A stretch of 64,000 nt of DNA from Clostridia bacterium (GCA_900770415.1 CAAGKN010000026.1:109955-173954); one strand, 5' to 3'. Positions 1-9,738 are shown, counted from the first letter of the stretch. Notes: generated from the sequence alone by a model not told the origin. Numbers and translations: made by a program.

Positions 1-434
1 TTTTATATAATTCTGCAACTTCACTATTATTCATTCTTATACATCCATGCGAACTCGCCCATCCTACTGAATATGGATCTAGCGTTCCATGTATTCCAAA
101 TTTTCCCCATGGCACATTAAGCCCAAGCCAACTACCGTCCAAATCCTTCTCCCCATTTTGCTTTTGATGTTACAGTCCATGTTCCTATTGGTGAAGGCGT
201 AGACCATTTCCCGCCTGAGCATTTATATTCTTTTTTTAATTCGTCATTTTCAAACAGATATAGTTTTGAGTCTTCTACATCAACTAGTATTTTATATTTT
301 TGCTTATTATTAGATGATGTTGCAACAACTTTTTCATTTTCTACTTTGTTTTTTATTATTAATATACTTATAACTATAGCAGTTACTAGAATTAATATTT
401 TTAATATTGTTCTTATTTTAAACACTTTAATCAT
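1..434 (-). CDS. L,D-transpeptidase (YkuD domain); C-terminus runs off the window start; needs +1 at CGG 137
   Basis: N-terminal TM helix. After skipping C137 the frame continues G-SWLGLNVPWGKFGIHGTLDPYSVGWASSHGCIRMNN, which contains the HG...SHGC catalytic motif. Confidence 0.8.
134..137 (-). other. +1 recoding site: 0-frame CGG (followed by TAG), Gly codon GGT in +1
   Basis: Sense GGA C|GGT AGT TGG CTT = G-G-S-W-L. Joins ORF 132..434 to the catalytic domain in 1..131. Confidence 0.6.
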
Positions 435-506
435 AATATAAATTATATTTTAAATTAATTAAATAAATGCATAAATTATTTTTTGGTTATTTATTAGTTT
501 TGGAAA

Positions 507-809
507 TTAATTGTTAATGATATTTACTGAATTTAAAAAATCTCTAGAATGGTGAAAAACATTTAAGATATAAATGTTAGAATTAACTTTATAAAGAATT
601 CTATATGATTTATATATTAATTCTCTGAAATTTGTGTTATCAAATTCCGGTATTTTTCTTCCCATGTATGGAAACATTAGTAGATATTCTGTTTTGTTAA
701 TTATTTCATTTATTGTTTTATTTGCATAATATATAGAATCTTTTGATATATATTCTTGTATTTGTTTTAAATCTGCTTTGGCCTCTATTTCAATATTGAT
801 ATTTACCAA
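507..809 (-). CDS. ParE/RelE-family type II toxin
   Basis: 100 aa, ...RELIYKSYRILYKVNSNIYILNVFHHSRDF, typical ParE-like C-terminus. Overlaps the upstream small gene. Paralogue at 42533..42823. Confidence 0.75.
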   Translation of the reverse strand: MVNINIEIEAKADLKQIQEYISKDSIYYANKTINEIINKTEYLLMFPYMGRKIPEFDNTNFRELIYKSYRILYKVNSNIYILNVFHHSRDFLNSVNIINN

Positions 810-1014
810 TTTTAAGTTCCCTTTTTAGCTCCTCTAATGTACAAGTTAACCCTAATTCTATTCCTTTTTCTCCTCGAGCTACACATATATTTACTATATC
901 TGCCCTTGTTGAATTTGGGTTTTTTAATATTTCTTTTTCCATTCTACTTAATTCTTCGTATGGTAGTTTTTTTAACTCTTGCAGTTTTTTTCTATTTTCT
1001 TCTACGTATGTCAT
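790..1014 (-). CDS. Cognate antitoxin (74 aa)
   Basis: ATG at 1014 preceded by AAGGAG. Overlaps the toxin start by 20 nt. Same length and alignable to 42792..43016 (…ARGEKGIELGLTCTLEE vs …LRGEKEIELGYGCTLEE). Confidence 0.55.
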   Translation of the reverse strand: MTYVEENRKKLQELKKLPYEELSRMEKEILKNPNSTRADIVNICVARGEKGIELGLTCTLEELKRELKIGKYQY

Positions 1015-1134
1015 AATACCACGCTCCTTCTTTTGCATATTTAATTCATGCATTTATTATGCTGATTATACACCCAAAGGAAAAAACTGTCAATTGTTTT
1101 TTTGACAGTTTTTGTGATTTTAATTATTTATAAA

Positions 1135-2883
1135 TCATATATTATACTTATTCCTTTTATGATATGTTGTATGTAATAGCTCGTGTGCTTTATGGCTTCC
1201 TGGTTCTTCTAGAAATTCCTTATATAGTTTTTTAATTATTGGATTTTCATGTGATTTTCTTATTGTACTTTTTTCATCAATATTATATAAGCAATCTGCT
1301 CTTAATTTTCTTACATCATATTCACTTCTTTGTTTTGATGTTTTAATTGGCTGTCCTCCACCCATTACGCATCCTCCTGGGCAAGCCATTATTTCTACAA
1401 ATTGATATTCTGCTTTTCCTGATTTTATTTCTTCCATTATTTTTTGTGCATTTGCTAAACCATGTGCTACTGCAACTTTTACTTCGTTATCTCCAATTTT
1501 TACTGTTGCTTTTTTTATTCCTTCTTCTCCTCTTACTGCTTCAAAATCTAATTTTTTTAGTTCTTCACCTGTTATTGTTTCGAATGCTGTACGAAGAGCT
1601 GCTTCCATTACTCCTCCTGTTGTTCCAAATATAGCTCCAGCGCCTGTTGCTTCTCCCATTGGGTCATCAAATTCGCTATCTTCTAATTCCACAAAATCTA
1701 TATTTGCTTGTTTTATCATTCTTGCAAGTTCACGTGTTGTAAGCACTGCATCTACATTATCTAATTCTTCATTTTTCATTTCTTCTCTTTGTCTCTCAAA
1801 CTTTTTAGCTATACATGGCATTACAGATACAACAAACATTTTCTTTGGATCTATTCCAGCTTTAGAAGCATAATATGATTTTAATATTGCTCCAAACATT
1901 TCATGTGGTGATTTGCAACTTGATAAATGTGAAAGCAATTCTGGATAATTCATTTCTATGTATTTTACCCAACCAGGGCTACAAGATGTAATCATTGGTA
2001 ACGTTCCACCTTGTGTAAGTCTTTTGATAAATTCGTTTGCTTCTTCCATTATTGTTAAATCTGCACCAGTATTTGTATCAAACACTTTATTAAATCCTAG
2101 TTTTTTAAGTGATGTTACCATTTTTCCTGTTACATTTGTTCCGATTTTCATTCCAAATTCTTCTCCAAGTGCTGCTCTAACTGCAGGTGCTGTTTGTACT
2201 ACAACAAATGTATCTTCATCTTTTAGGTTTTCCCATACTAAATCTGTGCTATCTTTTTCACGAAGTGCTCCAACTGGGCATGCTGTAATACATTGCCCAC
2301 AAAATGTACAGTTAACATCATTTAAGCTGTGGTCTCCAACTGTTGATACACAAGAGCTAAATCCTCTGTTTACACAGTCTATTGCTCCTATCTTTTGAAC
2401 TTTTTTACATGTTGATATACATCTTCTACAAAGTATACATTTATTAAAATCTCTTACTATTGAAGGTGATAAGTCATCTATTTTGTGAACTGATTTTTCC
2501 CCTTCATATTCAACATTCATTACATTAAATTTCATTGCTAGTGTTTGTAACTCACAACTTCCGTTCCTTGTGCATGTTAAGCAGTCTCTTTGATGATTAG
2601 ATAGTATTAAATCTAGTATTACTTTTCTTGCTTCCATAATTTGCTTTGAATGCGTATGTACTACCATTCCCTCTTCTGCTTTTTGAATACAAGATGTTGC
2701 AAATCCTCTTCTTCCTTCAACTTCTACTATGCAAATTCTGCAATCTCCTATTTCATTTATTTCTTTTAAATAGCACAATGTTGGAATATCTATATTTGCT
2801 TTTTTAGCTGCTTGAAGTATTGTTGTACCTTTTGGCACTTCTATATCTATTCCATCTATTTTTAGGTTAATCATTTCTGACAT
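1135..2883 (-). CDS. hydA: [FeFe]-hydrogenase catalytic subunit (HydA, bifurcating HydABC type)
   Basis: N-terminal 2Fe-2S and 4Fe-4S Cys clusters. H-cluster motifs TSCSPGW, MPCIAKKFE, EIMACPGGCVMGGGQP. Confidence 0.9.
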   Translation of the reverse strand: MSEMINLKIDGIDIEVPKGTTILQAAKKANIDIPTLCYLKEINEIGDCRICIVEVEGRRGFATSCIQKAEEGMVVHTHSKQIMEARKVILDLILSNHQRDCLTCTRNGSCELQTLAMKFNVMNVEYEGEKSVHKIDDLSPSIVRDFNKCILCRRCISTCKKVQKIGAIDCVNRGFSSCVSTVGDHSLNDVNCTFCGQCITACPVGALREKDSTDLVWENLKDEDTFVVVQTAPAVRAALGEEFGMKIGTNVTGKMVTSLKKLGFNKVFDTNTGADLTIMEEANEFIKRLTQGGTLPMITSCSPGWVKYIEMNYPELLSHLSSCKSPHEMFGAILKSYYASKAGIDPKKMFVVSVMPCIAKKFERQREEMKNEELDNVDAVLTTRELARMIKQANIDFVELEDSEFDDPMGEATGAGAIFGTTGGVMEAALRTAFETITGEELKKLDFEAVRGEEGIKKATVKIGDNEVKVAVAHGLANAQKIMEEIKSGKAEYQFVEIMACPGGCVMGGGQPIKTSKQRSEYDVRKLRADCLYNIDEKSTIRKSHENPIIKKLYKEFLEEPGSHKAHELLHTTYHKRNKYNI

Positions 2884-2906
2884 ACTACTACTCTCCCTTC
2901 TGTTCT

Positions 2907-2946
2907 GGGCAGTTACAGAGGTCTGCCCCTACACATCAATTTTTGC
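2907..2946. repeat. GC-rich hairpin repeat (GGGCAG-N10-CTGCCC + CTACACATCAAT), hairpin-only member of the dispersed family
   Basis: Lies between hydB stop and hydA start. Shares the CCCCTACA(CATCAAT) tail with copies at 4880, 31768, 44718, 61226. Confidence 0.5.
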
Positions 2947-2974
2947 GAAGTTTAACAACGCAAGATGAATTTTT

Positions 2975-4834
2975 TTACTTAGATATAGCTTTAAATGGGC
3001 ATTTACTAATACATGTACCACATTTAATACAAACATCCTCATCTATTTTGTGTGGTTGTTTTACTTCTCCTGTTATTGCATTTACTGGGCAATTCTTTTT
3101 ACAAATTCCACAACCCCTACATTTTTCTGGGTCAATTTCTATTGCTCTTAATGCTTTACATTCTTTTGCAGGACATTTTTTATCTCTTATATGTGCAATA
3201 TATTCATCTCTAAAATATTTCATTGTGCTAAGTACTGGGTTTGGTGCTGTTTGACCAAGTCCACATACAGAAGCTTTTTGTATTGTTTTTGCAAGTCTTT
3301 CTAATTTTTCTAAATCTTCTGTTTCTCCGTTTCCTTCTGTAATTCTTTCTAGAATTTCTAGCATTCTTTTAGTTCCAATTCTACATGGTGTACATTTTCC
3401 GCATGATTCATCTACTGTAAATCCTAAATAAAACTTTGCAAGATTCACCATACATTTTGTATCATCCATTACAATTAGTCCACCAGATCCCATCATTGAA
3501 CCTATTTGCGATAATGATTCATAATCTATTGGTGTATCCAGATGTTCTGCTGGTATACATCCACCTGATGGTCCTCCTGTTTGTGCTGCTTTAAATTCAT
3601 GTCCCCCAGGAATTCCTCCACCTATATCGAATACTATTTCTCTTAAAGTTGTTCCCATTGGCACTTCTACAAGGCCTACGTTTACAACATTTCCGCCTAG
3701 TGCAAATACTTTTGTTCCTTTTGATTTTTCTGTTCCTATTGAGCTATACCATTTTGCACCATTTAAAATTATTTTTGTTATATTCGCATACGTTTCTACA
3801 TTATTTATTAGTGTTGGCTTTTGCCATAATCCACAATTTGCTGGGAATGGTGGTTTTAATCTTGGTCTACCACTTCTTCCTTCTATCGACTCTAATAATG
3901 CTGTTTCTTCTCCACAAACAAAAGCTCCTGCTCCAAGTCTTATTTCTAAATCAAAGCTAAAGTCTGTTCCAAATATATTTTTACCTAATATTCCATATTC
4001 TTTTGCTTGATTTATTGCAGTTTGAAATCTATGTACAGCTATTGGATATTCTGCTCTTACATAAATATATCCTTTATTTGCACCAACTGCATATCCAGCA
4101 ATCATCATTGCTTCTATTACAGAGTGTGGATCACCTTCTAATATGCTCCTATCCATAAATGCACCTGGATCTCCCTCGTCCGCATTACATACTACATACT
4201 TTTGATCTCCTTCTGCTATTTTAGTAAAATACCATTTCTTACCTGTTGGGAATCCTGCTCCACCTCTACCACGAAGTCCAGACTCTGTTACTTCATTTAT
4301 AACATCATCTTGGCTCATTTCAAATAATACTTTTTCTAGTGCTTTATAACCATCAAAAGCTATGTATTCATCAATATTCTCTGGGTCAATTATTCCGCAA
4401 TTTTTAAGCGCAATTCTTTCTTGTTTTTTGTAAAAAGTTAATTCATCTAACCTTTGAACTATTGAATTGTCAATATCTTTACAAAGTAATCTCTCTACTG
4501 TTTTTCCTTCTAAAATATGTGTATTTATTATCTCTTCGCAATCTTCTGGTTTTACCATAGCATAAAAGGTATCTTCTGGTCTTATTATAACTATTGGTCC
4601 TTTTGCACATAGCCCAAAGCAGCCAGTTTGTATAACTCTTACATTTTTTATACCTTTTTCATCTATTATTTTTCTAAAATTCTCTATTATTTTAGGTGAT
4701 TTAGAAGATGTACATCCTGTACCATGACACACTAAAATATGTTTTTCTCTTGTATTTGCTTTTAAATTAACACGTAAATCAAGTTCTTTTCTTTTTTCTT
4801 CTCTTATTTTTCTTATTTCTTGTAGGGATTTCAT
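2975..4834 (-). CDS. hydB: NADH-binding hydrogenase subunit HydB (NuoF-like flavoprotein with extra Fe-S domains)
   Basis: GRGGAGFPTGKKW, GAGAFVCGEETALLESIEG, ESCGKCTPCR, C-terminal 2x CxxCxxCxxxCP ferredoxin motifs. Confidence 0.9.
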   Translation of the reverse strand: MKSLQEIRKIREEKRKELDLRVNLKANTREKHILVCHGTGCTSSKSPKIIENFRKIIDEKGIKNVRVIQTGCFGLCAKGPIVIIRPEDTFYAMVKPEDCEEIINTHILEGKTVERLLCKDIDNSIVQRLDELTFYKKQERIALKNCGIIDPENIDEYIAFDGYKALEKVLFEMSQDDVINEVTESGLRGRGGAGFPTGKKWYFTKIAEGDQKYVVCNADEGDPGAFMDRSILEGDPHSVIEAMMIAGYAVGANKGYIYVRAEYPIAVHRFQTAINQAKEYGILGKNIFGTDFSFDLEIRLGAGAFVCGEETALLESIEGRSGRPRLKPPFPANCGLWQKPTLINNVETYANITKIILNGAKWYSSIGTEKSKGTKVFALGGNVVNVGLVEVPMGTTLREIVFDIGGGIPGGHEFKAAQTGGPSGGCIPAEHLDTPIDYESLSQIGSMMGSGGLIVMDDTKCMVNLAKFYLGFTVDESCGKCTPCRIGTKRMLEILERITEGNGETEDLEKLERLAKTIQKASVCGLGQTAPNPVLSTMKYFRDEYIAHIRDKKCPAKECKALRAIEIDPEKCRGCGICKKNCPVNAITGEVKQPHKIDEDVCIKCGTCISKCPFKAISK

Positions 4835-4879
4835 TTTGGCCTCCTATAATATAAATTTTTAGCAATTTTTTTGAGGTGT

Positions 4880-4908
4880 GGGTCGCCGATGTTGGCGACC
4901 CCTACAAG
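4880..4908. repeat. GC-rich hairpin repeat GGGTCGCC-GATGTT-GGCGACCC-CTACAAG
   Basis: Perfect 8-bp GC stem in an AT-rich spacer between hydC stop and hydB start. Confidence 0.6.
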
Positions 4909-4933
4909 TCTATTCTTTATCAATCGCTTTACA

Positions 4934-5416
4934 TTATTTGTTTTTGTATTCTGCAATTACCTTTTCCATTAATTCTGGTGTTGCTTTTCCATAAACTTCT
5001 TCATTTACTGTAAATACTGGTGCTAATCCACATGCTCCTATACATCTTGTTGCTTCTAGTGAAAACTCTCCATCCTCTGTTGTTTCTCCTACATCTATTT
5101 TTAGGATTTCTTTTGCTTTATCTAATACTTTTTCTGAGCCTTTTACAAAGCATGCTGTTCCTAAGCATACTGCTACGTTGTATTTTCCTTTTGGTTTTAA
5201 TGTAAATCTTGCATAAAATGTAATTACACCATAAATTTCTGCAAGTGGGATTTCTAAATACTCTGAAATTGCCATTTGAGCATGTTTTGGTATATATCCA
5301 TAATGCTCTTGAACCTCATTTAATATTTGTATTAAATTACTTTTGTCCTTTGTGTATTTCTCTAAGATACTATTCATTGCTTCATCTTTTTGATTTCCTC
5401 CACAATTACAAGCCAT
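4934..5416 (-). CDS. hydC: Hydrogenase subunit HydC (NuoE-like thioredoxin-fold 2Fe-2S)
   Basis: CLGTAC...CIGACGLAP cysteine pattern. ATG at 5416 with AGGAGG 7 nt upstream is preferred over the longer track ORF. Confidence 0.85.
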   Translation of the reverse strand: MACNCGGNQKDEAMNSILEKYTKDKSNLIQILNEVQEHYGYIPKHAQMAISEYLEIPLAEIYGVITFYARFTLKPKGKYNVAVCLGTACFVKGSEKVLDKAKEILKIDVGETTEDGEFSLEATRCIGACGLAPVFTVNEEVYGKATPELMEKVIAEYKNK

Positions 5417-5420
5417 TCTT

Positions 5421-6866
5421 TTACCTCCTGCTTTGAATTTTTTCTTCAAACCTATCTTTTTTTATTTCTTTTGGTACTTCTATTGGGTACTTTCCTGTAA
5501 AACATCCCATACAAAAGTCCTCCATTTTACAGCCCTTTGCTATCTCTTTTAAGTTGTCTATGCTTAAGTATTCTAGTGTATCTGCTCCAATAATTTTTCT
5601 TATTTCTTCAACGTTTCTTCCATTTGCTATTAAATTTTCTTTGCTATCTATATCTGTTCCAAAATAGCATACATCTATAAAAGCTGGTGAAGCAATTCTT
5701 AAATGAATCTCTTTTGCTCCTGCTTTTCTAAGAGTTTTTACTATTCCCGCAAGAGTTGTTCCTCTTACAATTGAGTCGTCTATTAATACTATTCTCTTTC
5801 CCTTTATACTATTCTTTAATGGATTTAATTTTAATGCTACTAATTTTTTTCTTTTATTTTGTGTGTTTTGTATAAATGTTCTTCCTATGTATTTGCTTTT
5901 TGTAAATACTAAATCATAAGGGATTTTTGATTCTTTTGAATATCCAAGTGCTGCATCTATTCCAGAGTCGGGTACTGCAGCTACAATGTCTGCATCAACT
6001 GGCATTTGTGTTGCTAAATATCTTCCTGCTTTCTCTCTAAATTCATGTACCCCCATTCCTTCTAATACTGAATCAGGTCTTGCAAAATATATATATTCAA
6101 ATATACACATTCCTTTGGGAGCTTTTTCTTTGTATTCAATTGATTTTATATTTCCATCTTGTACTACTATTATTTCTCCTGGTTTTACGTCTCTTATAAA
6201 TTCTGCACCACATATATCTAATGCGCAGCTTTCTGATGCAAACACTATGTCTTCTCCTAATTTGCCCATACATAGAGGTCTAAATCCTTGTGGATCTCTG
6301 CAAGCTATTAGTTTTTGTGGCGACATTATTACTAATGAATATGACCCCTTTAAAACTTTCATTGTATTTGCAATTGCTTCTTCTGTTGATTTCGCTTTTA
6401 ATCTTTCTTTAACTATAACGTGACAAATAACCTCTGTATCACTTGTTGTTGTAAATATTGCTCCTTGATCCTCTAATTCTTGTTTTAGCTCCATAGCATT
6501 TGTAATATTTCCGTTATGTGCTACTGCTAAATTTCCTTTTTTGTGTCTTATAACTATTGGCTGAGCATTTTCTTTTTTTGAAGCACCTGTTGTTGAATAT
6601 CTAACATGTCCTATTGACATATTTCCTTCTGGAAGATTATCCAATACTTCGTTTGTAAACACTTCTGATACTAGCCCTGGTTCTTTGTGATATGAAATAA
6701 CTCCATCTGTATTTACCGCAATTCCACAGCTTTCTTCTCCTCTGTGTTGAAGTCCTGATAATCCTATGCAGGTAATGTATGCAAGTCTTTCTGGCTTTTT
6801 AGAATAAACACCAAAAACCCCACATTCTTCTTTTATATTATCAAACATTAAAAGTTCCTCCATCAT
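5421..6866 (-). CDS. purF: Amidophosphoribosyltransferase
   Basis: Propeptide then CGVFGV Ntn nucleophile. PRPP loop VLIDDSIVRGTT. C-terminal Fe-S cysteines. Confidence 0.95.
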   Translation of the reverse strand: MMEELLMFDNIKEECGVFGVYSKKPERLAYITCIGLSGLQHRGEESCGIAVNTDGVISYHKEPGLVSEVFTNEVLDNLPEGNMSIGHVRYSTTGASKKENAQPIVIRHKKGNLAVAHNGNITNAMELKQELEDQGAIFTTTSDTEVICHVIVKERLKAKSTEEAIANTMKVLKGSYSLVIMSPQKLIACRDPQGFRPLCMGKLGEDIVFASESCALDICGAEFIRDVKPGEIIVVQDGNIKSIEYKEKAPKGMCIFEYIYFARPDSVLEGMGVHEFREKAGRYLATQMPVDADIVAAVPDSGIDAALGYSKESKIPYDLVFTKSKYIGRTFIQNTQNKRKKLVALKLNPLKNSIKGKRIVLIDDSIVRGTTLAGIVKTLRKAGAKEIHLRIASPAFIDVCYFGTDIDSKENLIANGRNVEEIRKIIGADTLEYLSIDNLKEIAKGCKMEDFCMGCFTGKYPIEVPKEIKKDRFEEKIQSRR

Positions 6867-6903
6867 TATTTTTTAACATAGCTTTATTATAATTGGAAAT
6901 TTT

Positions 6904-7033
6904 AAAATTGTATATAGTTTTTTAAAATTTGACATTTTTTTCTGTTTTTATTATTTTAATTTTTGAGAAAATATATTGCAAACTTTGTAATAAATCCCAC
7001 CTCTCACATCAATTAAACAAATTCCAATTTGTC
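6904..7033. mobile_element. MITE-like repeat copy (degenerate left end)
   Basis: Left AAAATTGTATATAG. Internal ATATATTGCAAAC and CACCTCTCACATCAATTAAA. Right CAAATTCCAATTTGTC. Right half near-identical to 31785..31823. Confidence 0.4.
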
Positions 7034-7086
7034 TTTTTCTCTATATAATGTTATAATTTTATTATATTTTGAAAGGGCGTGTTTTT

Positions 7087-7661
7087 ATGTATAATTTAGT
7101 TGTTTTTGCCTCTCGGAAATGGTTCTACTTTACAAGCTATTATTGATAGTATTAATAGTCGGAGATTTAAAAGCTAAAATCAATTTAGTTGTTTCTAATA
7201 ATCCAAATGCATTTGCCATTGAAAGGGCTAAAAATAGTAATATTCCTACTTATATTATAGTTGGAAAAAATAAAGATGAAATTGATATAGAATTAGAAAA
7301 TGTCTTAAGTAATTATAGCATTGATTTAATCGTCCTTGCTGGATATTTAAAATTAATCGGCAGTAGATTAATAAATAAATATACAATAATAAATACACAT
7401 CCTTCACTTTTGCCTAAGTTTGGTGGTAAAGGAATGTACGGTATGAATGTTCACAAAGCAGTTGTAGAAGCCAAAGAAGAATTTAGTGGTCCTACTGTTC
7501 ACTTTGTAAATAATAATTATGACGAAGGAAATATTATCTCCCAAACTAAAATTAAACTTTGTAGTGATGAAACTCCTGAAAGTTTAGCAAAAAAAGTTCA
7601 AAATGCTGAAAAAATTCAATTAATTAATGTTTTAAAAAAATTTATAGATACAAAAAACTAG
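7087..7661 (+). CDS. purN: Phosphoribosylglycinamide formyltransferase; needs +1 at CGG 7114 and CGG 7160
   Basis: MYNLVVFAS-G-NGSTLQAIIDSINS-G-DLKAKINLVVSNNP...NTHPSLLP. 575 nt minus 2 = 573 = 191 codons. Plus-strand gene. Confidence 0.85.
7114..7117 (+). other. +1 recoding site CGGA (purN #1)
   Basis: GCC TCT C|GGA AAT GGT = A-S-G-N-G (conserved ASGxGSN loop). Confidence 0.6.
7160..7163 (+). other. +1 recoding site CGGA (purN #2)
   Basis: AAT AGT C|GGA GAT TTA = N-S-G-D-L. The CGG is in the frame produced by site #1. Confidence 0.6.
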
Positions 7662-7687
7662 TCTTACTGTTAAGACTAGTTTTTTTA
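7658..7687 (+). terminator. Intrinsic terminator after purN
   Basis: CTAGTCTTA-CTGT-TAAGACTAG followed by T8. Confidence 0.65.
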
Positions 7688-7689
7688 TT

Positions 7690-8535
7690 TTAAATATTCT
7701 TATATCTTCTGTAATTTATATATGCAAGTAATGCTATTACTGCTAATATAAAAATTACTGGTATCGTATCTTCTATTCCTGTGTACGGAACATCATTGTT
7801 TGCTCTATTGTCATTTTTATTTCTATTTTCAATATTCTTTACTTGTGTATTTTTTATTTGATTTTTAGTATCCCCTGATTCTGTATTGTTTGGTTGGTTG
7901 TTATTTGTTTGTCCATTATTATTTTGTTGTCCATTTCCAGATGTTCCATTTACTGTAAGAATGACATTGGCATCTGTTACCTTGTCTCCACTTGTTGCTC
8001 CGCTCGAAATGGCATCTGCATCAAAGGCTTCCATGTCTTTGATTAAAATTTCTGCTGGTGTTTCTTCTATGTTTTGCTTTACTTTAAATTTTATTCTTCC
8101 TACTATTTGAGATGTCTTTTGTGGGTCTGATAAAGTACTTGCAAATATACCATTTTGTTCATTTTCTTTTACATGTAAAACATACCAAGGGTTCTTTACT
8201 GTAGTATCTGTATCCTTTTCTCCAGTATATAATATTGACATATTATATTTTTCAAATTCTGTTCCTACTAAATCTTCTTTTAATCCGTCATCTTCTTCGT
8301 ATATAATCTCAAATATATCTTCAGGATACTCTAATATTCCAAAAAATTGAGCAATTCCTGTTGATTTTTTTATATCTGACATAAGTAAATTAACTGTAAC
8401 TGTATCTCCTGATTTAACTGACGTTTTATCAGCAGATATTGTAATTTTACATGCTTCATCTGCAGCATTTACTGTTGTTGCTATTGCTATTAAAATTATT
8501 GTAAAAAGTAAAATTATTATATTTCTTTTTTTCAT
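7690..8535 (-). CDS. Secreted surface protein with C-terminal sortase-type sorting signal
   Basis: Signal peptide, Asn/Gln-rich linker, then VPYTG + hydrophobic helix + RRYK tail. Confidence 0.55.
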   Translation of the reverse strand: MKKRNIIILLFTIILIAIATTVNAADEACKITISADKTSVKSGDTVTVNLLMSDIKKSTGIAQFFGILEYPEDIFEIIYEEDDGLKEDLVGTEFEKYNMSILYTGEKDTDTTVKNPWYVLHVKENEQNGIFASTLSDPQKTSQIVGRIKFKVKQNIEETPAEILIKDMEAFDADAISSGATSGDKVTDANVILTVNGTSGNGQQNNNGQTNNNQPNNTESGDTKNQIKNTQVKNIENRNKNDNRANNDVPYTGIEDTIPVIFILAVIALLAYINYRRYKNI

Positions 8536-8615
8536 TTTTATTCTCCTTTGTATTTAACATTATTAGTATATACATTTATTCTAATAAAATCAATATTTTT
8601 TCAAAAAAAATACCA

Positions 8616-8634
8616 TCTCGAATTTAATTCGAGA
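8616..8634 (-). terminator. Intrinsic terminator after 8659..9738
   Basis: TCTCGAATT-T-AATTCGAGA stem with a U-run on the minus strand (A8 on plus at about 8603..8610). Confidence 0.55.
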
Positions 8635-8658
8635 CAGTATCTTAATCAAATTTATATA

Positions 8659-9738
8659 CTATTTAATTCTTGATAATAATGCTCTTAAAGCGCTTAATAC
8701 TGGAACTGTTTTTTCTTCAACATTAATTACATTTTTATCTAGTATATCAACATTTACATCTGCTGTTGGATCATCTGCTCCATATTCATATTTCATTCCT
8801 GCATCTCCTGAGATTATTTCTTTGTCATTTACTGATGCATCTCCACCTGCTCCTGCAGATACTTTTTCTTTATCTATACTAGCATTTGCTCTTTCACTTA
8901 GTTTTAATGTTAATCTTTGTAATAATGTAATTGTTTGTGTTGCCTTTCCTTCTGCTGAAATTCCATCTTTATTAGCTGTTGCACTTCCGTTTGCATTAAC
9001 ATCCACATCTAGAATTTCTTTATCTTCTACTGTTGTATTAAGTTTACCATTTCCTTCTGCATCTACACCAATTGATCCGTTTTCTATTTTTAATGTTGCT
9101 TTTGCATCTCCTTCAGCTACAACTTTTACTTTTTTGTCTACCATTTCTGCTGTTACTTTACCTGTTGTTGAAACTGATTTTTCTGGAACATTTAATTCAA
9201 TATTACCATCGTATACTGTTGCTAATACTTCGATTTCCTTACCCTCTTTTGTTGTAAATTTTATTGTTGTTGTACCATCGCCTTTAGCTTCTAATATACC
9301 ATCTTTGTATGTAATTATTCCATTATTGTTACTTTCTACTGTTGTAAATTCACCATTAACATTTAATTTTGCATTTAGTCCGTTTTCTATTTTTTCAAAT
9401 TCTAATGTTATGTATTTATCTGTGTTGATTATTTGTTCTTCAGAAATCCATCCTTCACCTGATACATAAATTCCTTTGTTTTTGTTTGGAACTATAATGC
9501 TTATTATACCACAACCTTTTTCTCCTTCTGCATAAGTTTTTCTTACTCTGTTACCGTTATGGAATGTATATGTGTCTCCTTCAAAATAAACCTTTCTGTT
9601 TAATTTTACTTCAACTTGTTTTGTTTCTTCTGGTTTTGTTTCAGTATCAGTTGCTGCAAAGCTCATTGTGCTTACTAAAGATACTAATAATGTTATTAAT
9701 ATTATTACTGAAATTCTAGATTTTAATGTTTGACTCAT
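8659..9738 (-). CDS. Secreted protein, Ig-like (Big_2-type) repeat region, function unknown
   Basis: ATG 9738 after GGGAGG. Signal peptide ...STMSFA. Segment ITYKDGILEAKGDGTTTIKFTTKEGKEIEVLATV. Confidence 0.4.
   Translation of the reverse strand: MSQTLKSRISVIILITLLVSLVSTMSFAATDTETKPEETKQVEVKLNRKVYFEGDTYTFHNGNRVRKTYAEGEKGCGIISIIVPNKNKGIYVSGEGWISEEQIINTDKYITLEFEKIENGLNAKLNVNGEFTTVESNNNGIITYKDGILEAKGDGTTTIKFTTKEGKEIEVLATVYDGNIELNVPEKSVSTTGKVTAEMVDKKVKVVAEGDAKATLKIENGSIGVDAEGNGKLNTTVEDKEILDVDVNANGSATANKDGISAEGKATQTITLLQRLTLKLSERANASIDKEKVSAGAGGDASVNDKEIISGDAGMKYEYGADDPTADVNVDILDKNVINVEEKTVPVLSALRALLSRIK

Noticed and set aside
1347-1634. Plus-strand Leu/Phe-rich ORFs in the track (e.g. 1347..1634, 3649..3960, 10531..10950, 37401..37829, 54430..54927, 56721..56987).
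   Set aside because: These are antisense shadows of AT-rich minus-strand genes. They are low-complexity, have no RBS or motifs, and lie fully inside well-supported CDS.
4880-4908. GGGTCGCC...GGCGACCC hairpins as CRISPR repeats or tRNA fragments.
   Set aside because: The copies are isolated, not arrayed with spacers. They are too short and lack cloverleaf features. They fit a REP/MITE-type dispersed repeat better.
6867-7086. Purine riboswitch or PurR box upstream of purF/purN, purD and purE.
   Set aside because: I could not find the conserved purine-riboswitch core or a convincing PurBox. The only partial match (TGTCGAATAAT near 51350) is single and weak. The shared sequence upstream of purF and purD is the dispersed repeat, which also occurs at unrelated genes.
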